From contig OY970393.1 in NCBI GenBank assembly GCA_963720465.1, positions 288,001 to 352,000 of the forward strand: a stretch of DNA of 64,000 nt, read 5' to 3'. The notes below the pieces were generated by a model. The model was not told where the DNA came from. It ran no database searches and saw nothing but the letters and a program-made list of their open reading frames with translations. Position 1 is the first letter of the stretch. Every line of letters begins with the position of its first letter. Of this stretch, positions 1 through 9,416 are shown piece after piece. A program made the position numbers and the translations under genes. Source of the DNA: Methanobacteriota archaeon (GTDB lineage: Archaea; Halobacteriota; Bog-38; Methanoflorentales; Methanoflorentaceae).

Positions 1-1
1 C

Positions 2-274
2 TTTCAGAAGGAAATACAAGAGAGGTACGGCGAGATCGACAAGACATCGGGCTCATTTTTCCTTCTTTCGGTTCTCTTGGAGGAATGCGGCGAGCTTGCG
101 ACCGCGATTCGACGCCAGGAAGCAACCGCGGCGGAAGAGGTCGCAGACGTGGTTTTTTGTGCCCTCTCAATTGCCAATCTTCTCGATGTCGACGTCGACC
201 ATTTGTTGCAGGAAAAATATCTGCGGAGAGGATTTGACGAAGTTACGCGAAGCTGGACCGACTTTCAGACGTGA
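2..274 (+). CDS. MazG-like nucleotide pyrophosphohydrolase (5' end outside window)
   Basis: Frame open from base 2: FQKEIQERYGEID...LLEECGELATAIR...EEVADVVF, the EExGEL/EExAD MazG motifs. Confidence 0.8.
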   Translation, partial: FQKEIQERYGEIDKTSGSFFLLSVLLEECGELATAIRRQEATAAEEVADVVFCALSIANLLDVDVDHLLQEKYLRRGFDEVTRSWTDFQT

Positions 275-363
275 AACAGGCGTGGCACAATCCCGCGCAC
301 GCGCCCTGCCGAAACTCGAGCAATAGTCAGCGATTGTTCGCACGCTCCGTTGAAGCGACACGC

Positions 364-1596
364 TCACCACGGCGGGTTCAGCTCGGGGTTCAGCACCCAT
401 CGAAGTGACTTATCAGGGAATACCCGTTGCCAGGCAAGACTTCGTAGCTCCTCGTCACTCAGTTCGCGTGTCAGCAATTCAGCTTCATACCGTTTTAGTT
501 CCTCTTGGTTTGCGTTTGTCGTCGGGTGTCGGTGTGCGGCGGTGCAACCCGGAGAATCACCGGCCGTTGATAGACGGTACGTCCCTATGCGTCGCGCCAG
601 CTTGATGTTTTCCGTCTTGTCGAGACCTATTAGTGGGCGGTAGACGGGAACATTTGCGGCTTCGTCGATTGCAAGGAGATTCTGAGTGGTCTGGCTTGCG
701 ACCTGTCCGATGCTCTCTCCAGTTACTATTCCGTGCGCGTTCTCTTCTTTTGCGATTGATGCGGCGATCCGGTACATCATGCGCTTGCAAAGTACACAGG
801 TCATTCGCGGGGCCAGCTTTTTGAATTCACTCAAACTGGCTCCATGATGCACCACTGCGAAATCCAGCGGACGTCCCGCCCACACGGCGAGCGCTCTGAC
901 GACGGCCTCTGCCCGCTGCCTCCCGGTGTCACCAAGATATGGCTCACAGTCAAAAAACAGTGGAACGATCGTGCAGCCGCGCTTCATCATAAGCCATGCC
1001 GCGACTGGCGAGTCGATTCCTCCGGAGACGAGAGCGATCACTTTTCCTTGGGTTCCCAAAGGCAGGCCTCCGACCCCCGGGACGACCTCAGTGTAGAGAT
1101 ACGCGCTGCTTGCTCGCACTTCAATAAACAGCTGGACGTCTGGCGTTGATAATCGCACGGGCGCACCAGTTGCTTTTTCAATTGTACGTCCGACAACTTC
1201 GCCGATGTCTTTGCTTGAGTAGTCGTGCGTTCCCGTCCGACGTGCTCGAATGCCAAAAGATTTTCCTTCGGTAAGCAACGGTGAAGCAATTCGCACTGCA
1301 GCTGACTGCATGGCATCCAGAGTAGCTGCACTTGTTTGGACAGGGCTGGCTGAAACGACTCCAAAAACGCTTGCAACTGCCGGAGCTGCTGCCGAATCAC
1401 GTGTCTTGACAAAGATGCGGCCGAAATCCCTGACAACGGCATCATATGAGATTGTACAAAAGCGGAGCATTCTCTCTATATTCTTTACGAGCGTGCGCTC
1501 GTATCGACTTCTGACTCTGTCGCTCTTGATTCCGATCTCGCCGTAGCGGACGAGGATCGCGTCGAGTCTCTGCATCTGGTCAGCTTCATTCGTCAT
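364..1596 (-). CDS. thiI: tRNA 4-thiouridine synthase
   Basis: N-terminal VRYGEIGIK, THUMP domain, PP-loop LVSGGIDSPVA, GESIGQVASQT. Confidence 0.95.
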   Translation of the reverse strand: MTNEADQMQRLDAILVRYGEIGIKSDRVRSRYERTLVKNIERMLRFCTISYDAVVRDFGRIFVKTRDSAAAPAVASVFGVVSASPVQTSAATLDAMQSAAVRIASPLLTEGKSFGIRARRTGTHDYSSKDIGEVVGRTIEKATGAPVRLSTPDVQLFIEVRASSAYLYTEVVPGVGGLPLGTQGKVIALVSGGIDSPVAAWLMMKRGCTIVPLFFDCEPYLGDTGRQRAEAVVRALAVWAGRPLDFAVVHHGASLSEFKKLAPRMTCVLCKRMMYRIAASIAKEENAHGIVTGESIGQVASQTTQNLLAIDEAANVPVYRPLIGLDKTENIKLARRIGTYRLSTAGDSPGCTAAHRHPTTNANQEELKRYEAELLTRELSDEELRSLAWQRVFPDKSLRWVLNPELNPPW

Positions 1597-1807
1597 GATG
1601 TATCCGCTAGCACTCCGGTCTTTTCTCGTTGTTCGCGTTTTTGCAACTCTCTATGACGCTTATTCCTGATAAAAGGTAACAACAGGCTAAGTGTTGTACG
1701 AAGAGCCTCTATTAGCAACCGCCCCGAGATCTGGAGCTGCGGCCGACGTGGAAGTGCCTGCGACGCTGATGTAAAGCATTTATATACGTCTAAACATAGT
1801 AAACTTG

Positions 1808-1903
1808 GCCGCCGTGGCTAAGCTCGGCATAGCGGCTGATTCGTATTTGAGCACTGCTCAAAGAATTATCAGCAGATCGAGGGTTCAAATCCCTCCGGCG
1901 GCT
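1808..1903 (+). tRNA. tRNA-Thr(CGT) with 22-nt intron at 37/38 (1846-1867)
   Basis: Acceptor GCCGCCG/CGGCGGC, anticodon stem GCTGA/TCAGC around TT-CGT-A|A, T-arm GAGGG-TTCAAAT-CCCTC; TTTATATA box ~1779. Confidence 0.93.
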
Positions 1904-2041
1904 TGCCCAAGGTGCTACTTTTTGCCAAGATTTTGGCGCGTCCTTTTGGAGTGTTATTCGAGAAGGACGAGATTTAGAATTTATATCATTAGGTGTAACA
2001 ATACATAAGGTTTATCATCCATAAAGGCAATCCGAAAAACG

Positions 2042-2182
2042 ATGGCCGAGGAGACGAAGCGTCAGAGTATGAAGGAGGACATAATCGAGCAAATAGAGAA
2101 GCTCGACGTCTTGCGTGAAAAGGGATTCATCACTAGCCAAGCGTACGAAAAACGAAAAGCTGAATTACTCGAAATCCTCTGA
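2042..2182 (+). CDS. Stand-alone SHOCT-domain microprotein (46 aa, not in ORF track)
   Basis: MAEETKRQSMKEDIIEQIEKLDVLREKGFITSQAYEKRKAELLEIL fits the SHOCT pattern; AT-rich promoter-like region upstream. Confidence 0.75.
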   Translation: MAEETKRQSMKEDIIEQIEKLDVLREKGFITSQAYEKRKAELLEIL

Positions 2183-2205
2183 GATCGCGCACGTCTGTGC
2201 AGCGG

Positions 2206-3525
2206 TCACTTGACGCCTTGTTTTCTCAAGAACTTTTGCATCTCTTTTTGAGAGCGGACACCTTTCATCGCCCGCTGCATCGCTTTGTGATACTTCAAGA
2301 GCTCGCGCACGTAGTCAGAAGTGACTCCTGAACCGCGCGCGATCCGCTTTATTCGTGAACTTCGAATTATCCGTGGATGCTCGAGCTCTTCGTCAGTCAT
2401 TGAGTCCATTACGACTTTGAAACGTTCTAGGGTTTCTTTCGTTGATTGAAGCGCCCCGTTGGGGATGTCGACGCCGAGCGATCCGAGCGGAAGCATTTGA
2501 ACGATTTTGGTCAGAGGGCCCATCTTGCGTATCGCATCCATTTGTTTGTACATGTCTTTGAGCGTAAACTCGCCTTTGAGCATCGCCTCCGCCTCTTCCA
2601 TCTCGATGGGGGGTTCTTCTTCGATCATCTCGACGAGGGTTTTCATGTCGCCCATGCCGAGCAGTCGAGAGATGAATCGGTCTGGTTCGAACTTCTCGAG
2701 GTCGTCGATGGTTTCGCCCATGCCGATAAACGCGATGCCCGTTCCGACCTCGGCCACCGCAGAGAGCGCCCCGCCGCCTTTCGCAGTCCCGTCGAGCTTC
2801 GTCACAATAACGCCCGTTAAGCCGATTGCTTCGTTGAACGCTTTCGCTTGTTCGCTCGCTTGCTGACCGATGCCAGAGTCGAGCACCAGAAAGCGCTGGT
2901 CCGCTTTCGACGTTTCGTTGATTGCCTTCATCTCGAGAACCAAGTCCGTTTCGAGTGCGTGGCGGCCCGCGGTGTCGACGAGTATGACGTCATAGCGTTT
3001 CAGTTCGGCTAAGCCCCGGGTCGTGATCTCGACCGCGTCGCTGCTCTCCGATTCGCCGTAGAAAGCGACGCCGATTCGCTCGCAGAGCTGCGAAAGCTGA
3101 TCGTACGCGCCAGGGCGGTAGGTGTCCGCGCAGATGACCGCGGCTTTTAGACCTTTTTTCTGAAAAAATCGCGCGAGCTTCGCTGTAGTTGTGGTTTTGC
3201 CGCTGCCTTGGAGGCCGACCATAATCACTGTATGACGGGTGAGCGGCACTGAGATTGGCTCACCGAGCAGCGCGACAAGCTCTTGATACACTATGTTGAT
3301 GACGTGCTGACGCGGATTCAGCTTCCCGGAGAGCTCTTCTTTTAGCGCCCGGTCTTTGATGCGTTTCGACAGCTGTTGCACCAGAGCGACGTTGACGTCG
3401 GCGCTGAGGAGCGCCCGCTGAATGTCTTTGACGACTTCGTTGAGCGTTTTTTCGTCGATGCGATTTGCTCGCGCTATTTTCTTTAGCGTATCACGAAGTG
3501 AGCTGCCGAGGTTTTCCATTACCAT
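2206..3525 (-). CDS. srp54: Signal recognition particle protein SRP54
   Basis: GLQGSGKTTT, DTAGR, TKLDGTAKGGG, M-domain SRIKRIARGSG. Confidence 0.97.
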   Translation of the reverse strand: MVMENLGSSLRDTLKKIARANRIDEKTLNEVVKDIQRALLSADVNVALVQQLSKRIKDRALKEELSGKLNPRQHVINIVYQELVALLGEPISVPLTRHTVIMVGLQGSGKTTTTAKLARFFQKKGLKAAVICADTYRPGAYDQLSQLCERIGVAFYGESESSDAVEITTRGLAELKRYDVILVDTAGRHALETDLVLEMKAINETSKADQRFLVLDSGIGQQASEQAKAFNEAIGLTGVIVTKLDGTAKGGGALSAVAEVGTGIAFIGMGETIDDLEKFEPDRFISRLLGMGDMKTLVEMIEEEPPIEMEEAEAMLKGEFTLKDMYKQMDAIRKMGPLTKIVQMLPLGSLGVDIPNGALQSTKETLERFKVVMDSMTDEELEHPRIIRSSRIKRIARGSGVTSDYVRELLKYHKAMQRAMKGVRSQKEMQKFLRKQGVK

Positions 3526-4647
3526 TTACGTCTCTGCCTCGCCGAACAGTCTGCTCAGAAGCCACTGGGGGTTGAACTTGACAATGTCGTCATATTTTTG
3601 TCCGAGTCCTAAAAAGAGGATTGGCTTGTTCGTCGCGTGCGCTATTGAGATGGCGGTCCCTCCTTTTGAATCGGCATCCACTTTGGTGAGAATTGATCCA
3701 TCGATAGCCATTGCGGTATTGAACTGCAGCGCACGTTCCACCGCGTCATTGCCCGCGAGGGCTTCGTCGACAAAAACCACAAGATCCGCGTCAATCACTC
3801 GCTCAATTTTCTTGAGTTGATTCATGAGGTTAACATTGGTGTGGATTCGCCCGGCGGTATCTGCAAGCACCACGTCCTTGTGTTTCGCGCGCGCATACTG
3901 CACCGCGTCATAGATGACAGCAGCGGGGTCCGCACCCTGCTGGTGCTTGATGAGCTTCACTCCCAGGTTATCGGCGTGTCGCTCAATCTGTTCAAGTGCG
4001 CCGGCCCTGTACGTGTCCCCTGCCGCGAGCACAACAGCATACCCCTGATTTTTGAGGCGGTATGCCAGTTTTGCAATGGTTGTAGTCTTTCCTGTGCCAT
4101 TGATGCCGGTAAACACGATGGTCACAGGTTTTGGTGCTTTTTTGACAAGTTCGTCGAAATCAAGGCTGTTCACGTCGAGCACTTTTAAAATTCCGTCGCG
4201 CAACGCCTGCTCGACCAGTGCCCCGACGTCCTGACGCCACTTGCGCTTGGTGCCAATCAGCTCTTTTTTTACCGTGTCAACGATCTCTTCAGAGACTGAC
4301 ATCGCCACATCGCTTTCCAGGAGGGCAATCTCAAGATCCCATAGGGGCTCTTCTAGGTCTTTTTCCTTTATTTCTCTCTCAAAAAGGGATCTGCCCCTTG
4401 TGGGTCTTGTGGCCTCTCCTGGCACTTCCTGCTGCGTAGCTGCTTCAACTGATTGAGAGACTCCGACTGCTTCGTCATCGTGAGCAGCGGGAGGCGTATA
4501 TGTCTCGCCTGCGGTTTCTTCTGGACCTTCGGCTAGACGTGCTGCATCATTTGAAGAGGCCTCGACCTCTGCATCATCAAGCTCGTGCTCTTTGTTAGTG
4601 ACAGTCTTCTTGAACTGATTGAGTTTTTGCCGCAGGCCTTCAAACAT
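3526..4647 (-). CDS. ftsY: SRP receptor FtsY
   Basis: Acidic N-terminus, GINGTGKTTT, DTAGR, TKVDADSKGG. Confidence 0.97.
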   Translation of the reverse strand: MFEGLRQKLNQFKKTVTNKEHELDDAEVEASSNDAARLAEGPEETAGETYTPPAAHDDEAVGVSQSVEAATQQEVPGEATRPTRGRSLFEREIKEKDLEEPLWDLEIALLESDVAMSVSEEIVDTVKKELIGTKRKWRQDVGALVEQALRDGILKVLDVNSLDFDELVKKAPKPVTIVFTGINGTGKTTTIAKLAYRLKNQGYAVVLAAGDTYRAGALEQIERHADNLGVKLIKHQQGADPAAVIYDAVQYARAKHKDVVLADTAGRIHTNVNLMNQLKKIERVIDADLVVFVDEALAGNDAVERALQFNTAMAIDGSILTKVDADSKGGTAISIAHATNKPILFLGLGQKYDDIVKFNPQWLLSRLFGEAET

Positions 4648-5073
4648 CTAGCGTGCCGCCTGTGACTGCGATTGGTACTCCTGTAATTTCGCTTGGAGCG
4701 CGTAGATCTGTGAGCCGATCTGATTCAGTCGAGTCGCGAATTGTCCTTGCATGTCCGTTAGTTTTTTCTTTCGGTCGCTGAGGTACGAAACCGCGTCAGT
4801 GATGTCCACCTCAGCAGAGACGTTCGCGCCGAGTCCGATGATAACCCTTTTCGTTTGAGGAATGCTGCCATAGACGAACGAGCTTGCCCCGATCGGTATA
4901 AGCGTTTCTTTGCCGACCTTTGGCTTGGAAAGAGCTTCAACAGCCGTGATCGCGTTTTCTATCTCGTTGATGGTGAAGCTGATGACCTCCATTTGTTGCT
5001 CGTACGCACGCGCTTCTGCCTCTGTTTGTTGGAGTTGGGCGACCAACACGCGCACTTCTTGCTCGCTAGCCAT
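4648..5073 (-). CDS. pfdA: Prefoldin alpha subunit
   Basis: Coiled coils around ETLIPIGASSFV/VIIGLGANV hairpins; conserved position before ftsY; start taken at MASEQ. Confidence 0.92.
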   Translation of the reverse strand: MASEQEVRVLVAQLQQTEAEARAYEQQMEVISFTINEIENAITAVEALSKPKVGKETLIPIGASSFVYGSIPQTKRVIIGLGANVSAEVDITDAVSYLSDRKKKLTDMQGQFATRLNQIGSQIYALQAKLQEYQSQSQAAR

Positions 5074-5077
5074 GCTA

Positions 5078-5266
5078 TCACACTTCTTCCGCTTCGATGG
5101 ATTCAATTCGAATCATTTTCCGCTTTAGGCCATGCTCACTGCCGATGAGTGAGTAGAGCTTTTCGGCTGCATTTTTCTCGTTGTTGCTCGAGAGTTTTTT
5201 TGTGAATCGTTCCCACGAACGTCCTGCTTTAAAGGAACCCGTTATTTGAAAGGTTTTGCTTTCCAC
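5078..5266 (-). CDS. rpl18a: 50S ribosomal protein LX (L18Ae/L20a)
   Basis: FTKK...A.EKLYSLIGSEHGLKR; eIF6-LX-pfdA synteny. Confidence 0.92.
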   Translation of the reverse strand: MESKTFQITGSFKAGRSWERFTKKLSSNNEKNAAEKLYSLIGSEHGLKRKMIRIESIEAEEV

Positions 5267-5428
5267 AGTTACACCATCCGTTAATCAGCGTGTGATAAGC
5301 GCATCGGGCGTGCGCACATGAGGTCGACGTCCTCCTGCCGAGGATCCTCGGTCATTGAGTTATTCGCGAGGTTATCTGTTAAATAGCTATCCAAACTGAC
5401 GAGCGCGGCGTTTGTGACGGTCTAAAGG

Positions 5429-6097
5429 CTACAGAAACCCTAACGAGTCCTCTATCCGCCCGAGCTCTATTCCTGTCGTCTCTAGGCCTACGACGTAGCC
5501 CTTTGTGTTTGCAAGAAGTGAAGATCCCACGAGCGGTGATCCATAGTTCACGGTGCCGATGTTGACGGGAACGCCGAAGGTGTCATCCAGCTTCGAAAGC
5601 TCTCCCTCTGTCGCTTTTGGATGCGCCAAAACGCCTTTGTTCGTTGCGCACGCAGCCATCCCCACCGTCTTCAGTCCGGCGACCGTTCCGCGCTGCACGT
5701 CCACTCCTAAGGCCTCAGAAATGACTCGTTCGGCTCGAGCGATTAGGTTGGGATGGATCAGCGCCGCGGTATCGTTTGCGAGGATGACGTTCCCAGCGGC
5801 ATTGATCCTGCCGGGGAGCTTTCGCACAGGCAATCCTCCGCAACTCGCCTTGAGCTGTGCGATCTCGTGCCTGAGCGCGTTATTTGAAACGACATATCCC
5901 TTCGAGTTTCCAGCGACGAGCGATCCGACGACCGCGCTCGAGCCTATGAGGAGTGGGACGGAGGTCACGTCCAGCTCCTGCAGGAAGTTGAGTTGCTCTT
6001 CCTCGGTAGGCGCTGGTGCACTAAGCAAGAAATCTTCGGTACACGCAGCAAAGACGCCGAGCACGGCGCTTCCGCCTATCGAAATGCGCTTGACCAC
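5429..6097 (-). CDS. eif6: Translation initiation factor 6
   Basis: GSLVAGNSKG, GNVILAND, GTVNYGSPLVGS, TTGIELGRIEDSL; GTG start after GAGG. Confidence 0.95.
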   Translation of the reverse strand: MVKRISIGGSAVLGVFAACTEDFLLSAPAPTEEEQLNFLQELDVTSVPLLIGSSAVVGSLVAGNSKGYVVSNNALRHEIAQLKASCGGLPVRKLPGRINAAGNVILANDTAALIHPNLIARAERVISEALGVDVQRGTVAGLKTVGMAACATNKGVLAHPKATEGELSKLDDTFGVPVNIGTVNYGSPLVGSSLLANTKGYVVGLETTGIELGRIEDSLGFL

Positions 6098-6140
6098 GGT
6101 GGATCCTCTAAAGGTGGGTTTCTTTTTGCGAACTCGAACA

Positions 6141-6422
6141 TCACGATTCGGTCGCGAGTTCTGCCTCGACGACGCCATCGTCGAACTTCATCGCCCGGAC
6201 GGTGATCTTATTCGGCGGATTGCTCGAACCTCTCTCCCAGACTTTTTTGTTGATCGAGGGATCAAGCTTGACTTTATCTTCTTCGGCGCTCAAATGGTGG
6301 GCGAGGTACTGACGAATTTCCGACATCGCCTTTTTGCTGCGTCTCCACCTGGGCGTATGTTTCACCGCTCGCAGTGGTATGGTGTACACCCGTTCTTCTT
6401 CCACTTTCGTGTCTTTCGCCAT
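6141..6422 (-). CDS. rpl31e: 50S ribosomal protein L31e
   Basis: ERVYTIPLR...INKKVWERG..NPP.KI.VR. Confidence 0.96.
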   Translation of the reverse strand: MAKDTKVEEERVYTIPLRAVKHTPRWRRSKKAMSEIRQYLAHHLSAEEDKVKLDPSINKKVWERGSSNPPNKITVRAMKFDDGVVEAELATES

Positions 6423-6428
6423 GAACGA

Positions 6429-6581
6429 TCACACCTTGAGATGACCGCGTCTCCAGTGCCGCCTTTTTGGATGGGTCGTCACGTTGCGGTTTGAACGTAC
6501 CGTAACCCAAGCCGGCACGCGCCTATTTTGACTTGTGGCTTTTGCGAGTCGCTTCTTTTTCCCCTTAGTTACTTTGCTCAT
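6429..6581 (-). CDS. rpl39e: 50S ribosomal protein L39e
   Basis: [17 protein letters not shown]...HPKRRHWRR. Confidence 0.96.
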   Translation of the reverse strand: MSKVTKGKKKRLAKATSQNRRVPAWVTVRSNRNVTTHPKRRHWRRGHLKV

Positions 6582-6692
6582 TACAGTCCCTCTGTTGCGG
6601 ATCTCGGTGGATTGCTCGGCATTTTCAAACATCCTCGCGATCAGAGTAGCCTATTGCATTTCATCGTTAATAATTGTTTACGCCAATACGGC

Positions 6693-7280
6693 TCAAAAAA
6701 CCACGCTTTTTCGTCCTGTGACCCTTGACTGGATGTGTTCTGGAGGGAAAACGGCCTTCACGGCCTCGGAGCCGTACGAACTCTCCATAACTCTACGCAA
6801 TTCGACCTCGTAGTCAAACGAGATGCACTCCCCGTACGTGACCTCGAGGTGCGCGTCGGCAAGTGCGTCGATCGCCCTTCGCCCGTAGCCGAGGAGCGGT
6901 CGCACGTAGTCGATCGCTGAGCGATCTTCCAGACTTCGAGCCTCACGCACGTTCAGGAGCGGCGCCTTGTCGTCTCGGCGCGTGCCGTCGGCGACTACCT
7001 GATAGCGTGCGGCGGCGCGTTCAAGCGCCGTTTTGTGCAGGTGGTTGATGCCTCTGTTTGGGTATCCGTCCTCGATCATCGCGTCGACGGTGGCCGTTGC
7101 GAGGGCCGCCTCAAAGCCGATTATCACGTGGGGAAAACCGAGTATGCGCGCCACTGACGCTGCGTCATTCGGCACAATTCCGAACGATACCGTAACGAGC
7201 TCAATTTGCACAAAAGGGCTGAGAAGAATAGCTGCGAGCGCGCTATCCTTGCCGCCGCTGAACAAAACGCCGACCTTCAT
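6693..7280 (-). CDS. PP-loop (adenine nucleotide alpha-hydrolase) family protein
   Basis: LFSGGKDS, ADGTRRDD, DYEVELR; conserved archaeal position between PDCD5-like gene and L39e. Confidence 0.85.
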   Translation of the reverse strand: MKVGVLFSGGKDSALAAILLSPFVQIELVTVSFGIVPNDAASVARILGFPHVIIGFEAALATATVDAMIEDGYPNRGINHLHKTALERAAARYQVVADGTRRDDKAPLLNVREARSLEDRSAIDYVRPLLGYGRRAIDALADAHLEVTYGECISFDYEVELRRVMESSYGSEAVKAVFPPEHIQSRVTGRKSVVF

Positions 7281-7606
7281 CTGCGCGTGATGCGTATGTT
7301 CTGCTTCTTGGGGGCAATTTGTTTAAGGAGTTGCTTAAGCTGTTCGTCAGTTATCGTTCCCGTGAGCCTGCCACTTTGGTACAAGGCGAGTAGCTGCGAC
7401 TCCACTGAGTCGGCAAAGTCGGGACGCGTCAGTCGAATGCTGTTCAGCCGTTCCCGAGCTTCGGGGGTGAGTACCTGTCGCAGCAAGGCGCTTTTCCGCG
7501 CCTGTGCCTGTTCTATCTCTTCCGTAGACGGCCCTTGCGTTCCGCTCTGCTGCGCTTGGAGTTGTTCGAGGCGTCGCCTCCGTATTTGTTCAAGGTCATC
7601 ATCCAT
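7277..7606 (-). CDS. PDCD5-like dsDNA-binding protein
   Basis: DDDLEQIRRRRLEQL...LTPEARERL..IRL.RPD. Confidence 0.93.
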   Translation of the reverse strand: MDDDLEQIRRRRLEQLQAQQSGTQGPSTEEIEQAQARKSALLRQVLTPEARERLNSIRLTRPDFADSVESQLLALYQSGRLTGTITDEQLKQLLKQIAPKKQNIRITRR

Positions 7607-7627
7607 AATCCTCACACTCCGGGTCGC

Positions 7628-8047
7628 CTATGCGCTTTGTGCGAGCTCATACGCGCTGTTGTCGAGGAACGATCTGCCTTGTGACGAGATCTCGCGACCT
7701 TTTGGGGTCGTCTTAACGAACCCCGCGTTCTCGAGCTGTTGCATCGCTTTTCGAATTATTGAGCCGCTCCCCTTGACAAACCGCTCAGGTGTTGACGAGT
7801 TGTCGGTTTTGCCCCCGTAGACCGAGCGGAGTCGTTGCGTGCCAACGGGGCCGTCCATTGCGATGCGTCGCAACAGCGCGGCGCAGCGGACATACCACCA
7901 GTCATCGTTCTGCGGCGGGTGCTCCCTGTGCACCCCCGTCTTTACCCACGACGCCCATTCTGGGGGGGTGAATCGTTCGTCGCTCTTCAGCTTCGTTGCA
8001 GTAAGTTCGATCAGTTTATTTGCAGGAACATCGTACAGCGTCGTCAT
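7628..8047 (-). CDS. rps19e: 30S ribosomal protein S19e
   Basis: PPEWA..VKTG.HRE.PP...DWWYVR; [14 protein letters not shown]. Confidence 0.97.
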   Translation of the reverse strand: MTTLYDVPANKLIELTATKLKSDERFTPPEWASWVKTGVHREHPPQNDDWWYVRCAALLRRIAMDGPVGTQRLRSVYGGKTDNSSTPERFVKGSGSIIRKAMQQLENAGFVKTTPKGREISSQGRSFLDNSAYELAQSA

Positions 8048-8108
8048 TTAATCTCCTAATTGGACTTTTCTACTGGAACCAAGCGTCTTTACGTTTTTTT
8101 TACTTATA

Positions 8109-8420
8109 TCATTTTCTCTGATACGCGCTGCCATTTTGAGCCGTTTTTTTGATGCGGTACGGCGAAAGATACACAGCGGTGGCGCCTTTCAAATCGACCA
8201 ATCGTGCACCTGAGCTGTGCTCGAGTTCGTGCGCGATCTCTTCCCGACTTGATTCGAACAAGGCGGCCTTAAGCATCTTTACTTTGACCATCTTCTGCAG
8301 CTTGAGTTGACGTCGCAGTTCGAGTGCGATCGAATCGTTTGCGCCGTTCTTGCCGATCCAGAGCGTCGGTATAAGCTCTGCTGAGAGTGCCTTAAGTTTT
8401 TGCATGTCACTTTTGATCAT
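8109..8420 (-). CDS. YhbY/CRM-domain RNA-binding protein
   Basis: PTLWIGKNG...VKVK; located between rnp4 and rps19e. Confidence 0.88.
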   Translation of the reverse strand: MIKSDMQKLKALSAELIPTLWIGKNGANDSIALELRRQLKLQKMVKVKMLKAALFESSREEIAHELEHSSGARLVDLKGATAVYLSPYRIKKTAQNGSAYQRK

Positions 8421-8439
8421 GTGTGTCTTGGATTGCGGT

Positions 8440-8736
8440 TCAATAGCGTCTCAGGTCACCGCACTTTAAGCACGTTATAACGGTACGTTTGTCTTTTATG
8501 CGCACGCGTGCATTCGCTCCGTAGACGAAATACGTCCCACAGCTTCTGCAAAAACGCATCTTCTTTTTTCTGAGTGGCAGGCGGTACCTGGTTGCCAGCC
8601 GCCGAACAAGTTCGACATAGCGATCGCTTCGCTGCGCGTGCACCGGAAACTCTGTGGCGGCCGCTTCGAACAAACGGTCTATGCGCTGCGAAACGATGCC
8701 GTTGATAAACTCCTTCTTTTTTCGTCGTCGGGACAT
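8440..8736 (-). CDS. rnp4: Ribonuclease P protein component 4 (Rpp21)
   Basis: RIDRLF...RYVEL...FCRSC...TCLKCG..RRY. Confidence 0.93.
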   Translation of the reverse strand: MSRRRKKKEFINGIVSQRIDRLFEAAATEFPVHAQRSDRYVELVRRLATRYRLPLRKKKMRFCRSCGTYFVYGANARVRIKDKRTVITCLKCGDLRRY

Positions 8737-8795
8737 TTTCTAAGCACGCCGTGCAAAGCATTAATATACGTTCTGTTAAAGTAGTTTTGCGTCGC

Positions 8796-8879
8796 GCACC
8801 GATGGTCTAGTGGCTATGACTTGGGCCTTCCAACGCGTGAAGAAAGCCCACAACCCGGGTTCGAATCCCGGTCGGTGCA
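8796..8879 (+). tRNA. tRNA-Gly(TCC) with 12-nt intron at 37/38 (8833-8844)
   Basis: Acceptor GCACCGA/TCGGTGC, anticodon stem TGGGC/GCCCA, CT-TCC-A|A, T-arm CCGGG-TTCGAAT-CCCGG; central splice helix CTTC/GAAG. Confidence 0.95.
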
Positions 8880-8905
8880 TTCTCGCGCACGCAGTACCGA
8901 CGGCG

Positions 8906-9175
8906 TCACAGCATTCGGGTTACCGCAACGACTTGAACGCTTTCTACCTCGTCGATTACCGACAGGGATGCTTCGACAGCTTCAGTTCCGCCCTCTTTGT
9001 CCTCAACGATGACGGTGATCAGCAGCGCGTTAAGCCCAAACGCTATCGGCTGCACTTCGCAGCTATGGATCCGTCCGTACTGGGCGACCTGGGATTCAAT
9101 TCGAGTGCTTAGGTTCTTAAAGTCAACGTCGGGGCCGTTGGGCATTATCTTTATCTGTGCGGCTACTTCTCCCAT
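8906..9175 (-). CDS. ef1b: Translation elongation factor 1-beta
   Basis: MGEVAAQIKIMP...PIAFGL.AL; GGTEAVE. Confidence 0.95.
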   Translation of the reverse strand: MGEVAAQIKIMPNGPDVDFKNLSTRIESQVAQYGRIHSCEVQPIAFGLNALLITVIVEDKEGGTEAVEASLSVIDEVESVQVVAVTRML

Positions 9176-9331
9176 TTAAGGGCCTCCAAAACCGTACGAA
9201 CATCGGTACGGATTGCTCAACTTCTTGCGCCTCTTGCATCGCGCGATTATCTCTCCGCACGAGGGGCACGGGTACGCTATGGCGTTATCCCTTGTTATTC
9301 GGGTGCCGCATGATATGCACGTTTTCTCCAT
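9176..9331 (-). CDS. HVO_2753-like small zinc-finger protein (last two CxxC motifs degenerate)
   Basis: CISCG...YPCPSCG..I.RC...K...Y.C..GF.GP; conserved position before ef1b. Confidence 0.85.
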   Translation of the reverse strand: MEKTCISCGTRITRDNAIAYPCPSCGEIIARCKRRKKLSNPYRCSYGFGGP

Positions 9332-9416
9332 TCTTTCACTTCTCCTTGCGCGGTTCATTGAAAAGTGAGCATCGCCCGTGTTGGCTACTTTTACAGTACC
9401 GCGATGCCTTTATAAA

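Noticed and set aside
5338-5351. 14-bp palindrome CCGAGGATCCTCGG in the eif6-rpl18a gap; possible ncRNA or leader
   Set aside because: Single occurrence, no C/D or H/ACA boxes, no second copy to support it.
5553-6494. 313-aa plus-strand ORF and many similar antisense ORFs in housekeeping regions
   Set aside because: Shadows of well-supported opposite-strand genes.
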